64,000 nucleotides of DNA, taken from assembly GCA_002633005.1 (NCBI GenBank), contig NMRA01000133.1:406312-470311 (forward strand), in the 5' to 3' direction. A model generated the notes under the pieces. It did no database searches and had not been told where the DNA came from. It saw nothing but the letters and a program-made list of their open reading frames with translations. The DNA is from Phoronis australis. Lineage: Eukaryota > Animalia > Phoronida. Position 1 is the first letter of the stretch; every line of letters starts with the position of its first letter. Positions 60,029 to 64,000 of this stretch are shown piece after piece. Both the position numbers and the translations under genes were made by a program.

Positions 60029-61390
60029 CCGAAACCCAAATGTCTGGGTAGAAAAAGGAGGGTGTCACGTGGTGAATAGCTTGCCGGTAGGCGGTTGAAA
60101 CAACACAATTCGATTTGGATGTAATAATGAGTGTATTGACTAAATGTTTGAATTTCCCTAAATGAACAATCGTAAAGATTTACAAAGGAGGTTAATTTAA
60201 TCAGTCTGTGATCACGTTTCCCGTTCCTGGCGTCGGCCTTGGATCCAGTGTTACACTTGTTATGAGGAGTTTCCTCTTCTCTTGATCATTCGATCCAGTT
60301 TCCAAGCAGTCTTCACTTGATGAAATGCTTCGGAATAATCATGAAGTTCATTCCATCGAACATCATATATGTTAACACTGAATTCAGTCCATCGAATTCT
60401 AGATACAATGTATCCTTTTGAAATTAAGTCCATCCGAATTTCTATAACTTGTGATATTTCTAAGCAAACCAGTACCATCTCTTCAGGAATATCTGCGATA
60501 TCTCTCTAGCAAGCTGGTTGCCTCTCTCCAAGAAATATCTGATACCTTGATACCAATCTGGTTGCCTCTCGTTGGAAATATGCCTTCTTGAGTAGCTAAC
60601 AGTATACTTATACTCAAACAGAATAAGTGTGAGCGAGTTACTAAGATCAAAACATAAACCCACAAACTTCTTCCAAATGTACTCATAGTTCCAAAACAAC
60701 TCTCGGAACAACATCATTGGATTCCAACTATGAACCTAAACTTTCGCGGCCTAATATGGTCACGGACAGACAAACCTTTAATTAATTTCTTACGAATAGT
60801 AACAAGACTATTGCTGTTGCCAGAACTGGCTAACCCCACAGTTGACCAATTCCTTTTAAAGTTACATAACTCTGCTAGTATAACATAAACACATGGTTAG
60901 AGACAAATATGCCGATTCATTTCCTATGCACTCATAGGAGGCGATAAATTTCAATAAACAACCAATACCTTTAATTAGTTACACGACAACCACTATATAC
61001 TTAATTAATACTTCTCATACAATATATAGCTAACCCAAGTTGTAATGTATCTGTATCATACTTTAATGATAAATAAATGACATGTTCATCCTACATAAAC
61101 TCTCCCCGTAACAGAGGGACGGAGGGAGGAAGACATGGAGGGAGGGAGGATTTTTATATTTTTCTATGGCCATTGATGTCGTCACCAATATTGCATCTTT
61201 ATAGAATTGCGCCGTGAAAATCAACCTTCAGAACTTCGGCACCAAAAGCCAGACGTTTACAAGCTGCATAAGTTTTCGGGGAACGACATTCTATCTTCGT
61301 CAACGGGAATTCAAGATTCGAGTTTGACTGTCGTAGGACTGCTCAGTTGCTTCTTTATGTGTGCCCTAGGATTGTACAAGTATGGTGACT

Positions 61391-61541
61391 CTTATGTGCG
61401 ACGTCCACACAACTGTGGAGGACTTCACGCTAAGGTTTATTAGTCTACACAACTGTGGAGGACTTCACGCTAAGGTTTTTTAGGCTTATGTACGGCGTCA
61501 ACACAACTATGGAGGACTTCACGCTACGGTTTATTAGGCTT
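61391..61541. repeat. Minisatellite, 3 copies of a 40-54-bp unit
   Basis: ACACAACTRTGGAGGACTTCACGCTAMGGTTTWTTAG at 61407, 61447 and 61501. Confidence 0.9.
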
Positions 61542-62400
61542 GCTGAAAATCATGATTAATACATGTAGGTAGTCTCGCGATCACAAATTTATGTAACGGG
61601 TGCGACATATATCTGTAACGATTTTGCAACGCGTAAATAGATACAGCTGTTGTTTTTAACAATAAAAATGTTTGACTAAACTCAGAAATGTTTATTTTAC
61701 TCTGTCCTTAGACAGAGATCCTTGTCGTCTGTGCTGCCTCCTCTCGGCATTGCTAGCCTACGGGTCACCTCTTCGTAATCCTCCACTGGTTTTCGTTTGG
61801 TCGTGGCCCGAACACAACGAAAATAATGACGGAAGCGTTCCTTAGATGTAAGACACTTACGAGAAAAGCTAGTGTGTTCAAGTTTTTTTTTTTCTAATGC
61901 TTGGATCTGTTTTGCAAATACTTGGGTGATCTTCCGTCTCTAGTATTTTAGTGCCTCTCGGGTTTGCAACCCTAGCAATTTTGTTAGTCAGTACCGGAGT
62001 ATTTGTTTGAGTTGGATGAATTTAAGGACACCGTCGTCCTCAACACCACGTCACGATACTTAATGGATACGGTTGAGTGATTTGCGGCGGATCATTTTCG
62101 ACTCAAATCTGGTTCTTAAAAGCATTTTGCAATTTTCAACCTACTTCATAATCACATGGTCGCTATATGTTGTGTTTCTAACTAATTTGACCAAACAATC
62201 ACAGAGACAAGGAATTAGCGTGCACGTTCCACTTTAAGTGTTACGTTCCCCCAAACAGTGGGTAATTTGCAAGCTGCGTTTAATCGATGAAACCACAAGA
62301 AGGATCAGTGGTATGAAGAGCATGGCGGCATCATCAATCAATCAATCAATGCCCTGGTGAATACAATTTACATAAATGTATCTCAAACTTTGTGATTTAA

Positions 62401-62553
62401 GCCAATCACAAGCATGGAAATCAGTCGTCTTGGCAACAAGAGAAGGCTCGGCACTAAAATCAGAAGTAATTTCTCACTCGAACTAGCAAGTCGTTCGTGA
62501 GGTCTCTATTCGTTTTTTTCTGAGCTACTTAGCCTGCAGTCGAAATGGTGAGT
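62401..62553 (+). other. Candidate first exon of a further gene, ending in the start codon (ATG 62545-62547 followed by GTGAGT)
   Basis: GCCAATCA at 62401, Inr-like TCAGTC at 62421, then GTCGAAATG|GTGAGT with A at -3 and a consensus donor. No downstream coding exon identified in the window. Confidence 0.35.
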
Positions 62554-64000
62554 ATTTCGATATACGTTCACGGAAAGTTAACATTTTATAACCTCATCAT
62601 TTGGAGGTGCATTGAAATGAATTAAAGTTTTAGCAAACAACATTTTAAAATAATAATGTCAATGCGAAACCTGGTTCTATTACATAACAGTATGTGCACA
62701 TGTACAGGTACAGGCACTAGAACTAGCTACCGTATAGGAATCGTGATTTCCGAGTGAAGCAAACGTCTAAGCATTACCTACTGACAATATCCAACGCTAA
62801 GAGTCATCACCAGGACTTGGAGATATAATCTATTGTGATTATGTTAATTACTGCGATATGACTCATCCATTCGCCGGGTTAGTGTGTTAAGTGCTTTTAA
62901 AAAAACCACCAGTGTCATAATTTTAACACGTTAGCATGCTGTTAAGATTCCTATAGATTGTTTTACCTATTTAGGCACACTTCCTAATTTTAAACAAAAC
63001 ATTCCTGAACAAAAGATATCGACATCGTGCATTGCGATGAGAAATAAAATGAACAGCAACGAACACAAGAGGATTTCAATGCAACGCGACATATTTTTTG
63101 TAAAGATGCTCACCGCAAGGAATCTCTGATCAGTCAAGAAACTGTTTATTTGCAAAATCCTTAACCTTGACGTTTATTGGTAGTAAGTAGACAAAACACA
63201 CCTTTTTTCAAACTGCCACCCATTGAATGCAAAAAAATAGCCATTACGCATTAGGTCGGGAAGTCTGCATCTATCTACAAAATGAAACGCAAGGGAGGTC
63301 AAACTAGTAAAAGGTAACTCAGCAAACTCCTCATTCTTAGAAAAGAAGTGCTTTGAATTTAGATTTAGGGTTGAAAATTAAACTGGCGTAGAGTGGTGCT
63401 TTCGTCAAAGCAAGACTCGCCAAAATGATAGGTGTATACCAAGGACTTCGCAAGCATGTTATCTACGATAGAGTTGTCCCATACTTTGGTGCCGTTCACA
63501 AACTTTTGCCATTTTCTAGAGAGTGTCTTTTTCTGTGGAAAAACGAAAAGCGGTGCGGCATGATTGTAAGTCATCTTGTCGCAACCGCCCCATACACTGA
63601 GTCATTGTCAAATTTTCTTTAAAAATGCGAAAATTTAAAGCAACTTCTCCAAAACCACACAGACGATGGCAAGTCAAGAAGCGCGGTATTGGTCGTTTAC
63701 GCTACTACGTCACTCGCGACAACCATTAACAAACCAGCGTGTAATCGATTGCCTATTATACATGCTTCCTAGATCTCAATATCTCAGTGTGGTCAAATAA
63801 ATAATTCACAAGTCTCATTTTACACTCGTAAATTTTGGCATTTAACATTTAATACCTTTACCTGCAATAAATTGAGTAAAATCCATAGGCGGATTTAGGG
63901 GGGGGGCCCAGGGGGCCTGGCCCCCCCCCTTGGCTGCCGCAAAAAAAACAGTAAGAGCGTAGGGAAATGTTGAGTTTATTAATTAACCCCGGTAATTAAA

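Noticed and set aside
59994-60086. FFTSN..P..W and EKGG resembling CRESS-virus Rep helicase motifs
   Set aside because: The motif order is reversed relative to Rep, and there are no Walker A/B or rolling-circle motifs nearby.
61391-61541. CRISPR-like direct repeats of ~37 bp
   Set aside because: The intervening sequences are 3-17 bp and related to the flank rather than unique spacers; eukaryotic context with no cas genes. It is a minisatellite.

Overview
AT-rich, intron-rich animal (invertebrate-like) nuclear DNA, not prokaryotic; most ORF-track entries are spurious. Manual splicing at GT-AG sites gives three recognisable genes. (1) The 3' part of mitochondrial Glu-tRNA(Gln) amidotransferase subunit B (GATB/PET112; + strand, 9 exons visible, 1-15718). 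(2) A complete LON peptidase N-terminal domain and RING finger protein (LONRF; - strand, 11 coding exons, 31383-20010). (3) A complete EngB/YihA-family GTPase (GTPBP8; - strand, 6 coding exons, 48255-39349). A fourth candidate, largely missed by the ORF track, lies at 53777-60028 (+): a signal-peptide exon plus small phase-1 exons giving a ~116-aa basic, Trp-repeat, dibasic-site-containing secreted peptide precursor that I cannot assign to a family. Other points: D-box/E-box clock-type motifs clustered at LONRF; an intronic repeat with a CTCF-consensus motif about every 145 bp; duplicated splice sites in GATB and GTPBP8; LONRF microexons; many MITEs, a tRNA-derived SINE and a decayed L1/Tx1-type LINE duplicated across an N (probably an assembly artefact). 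All calls were made by eye without database searches.
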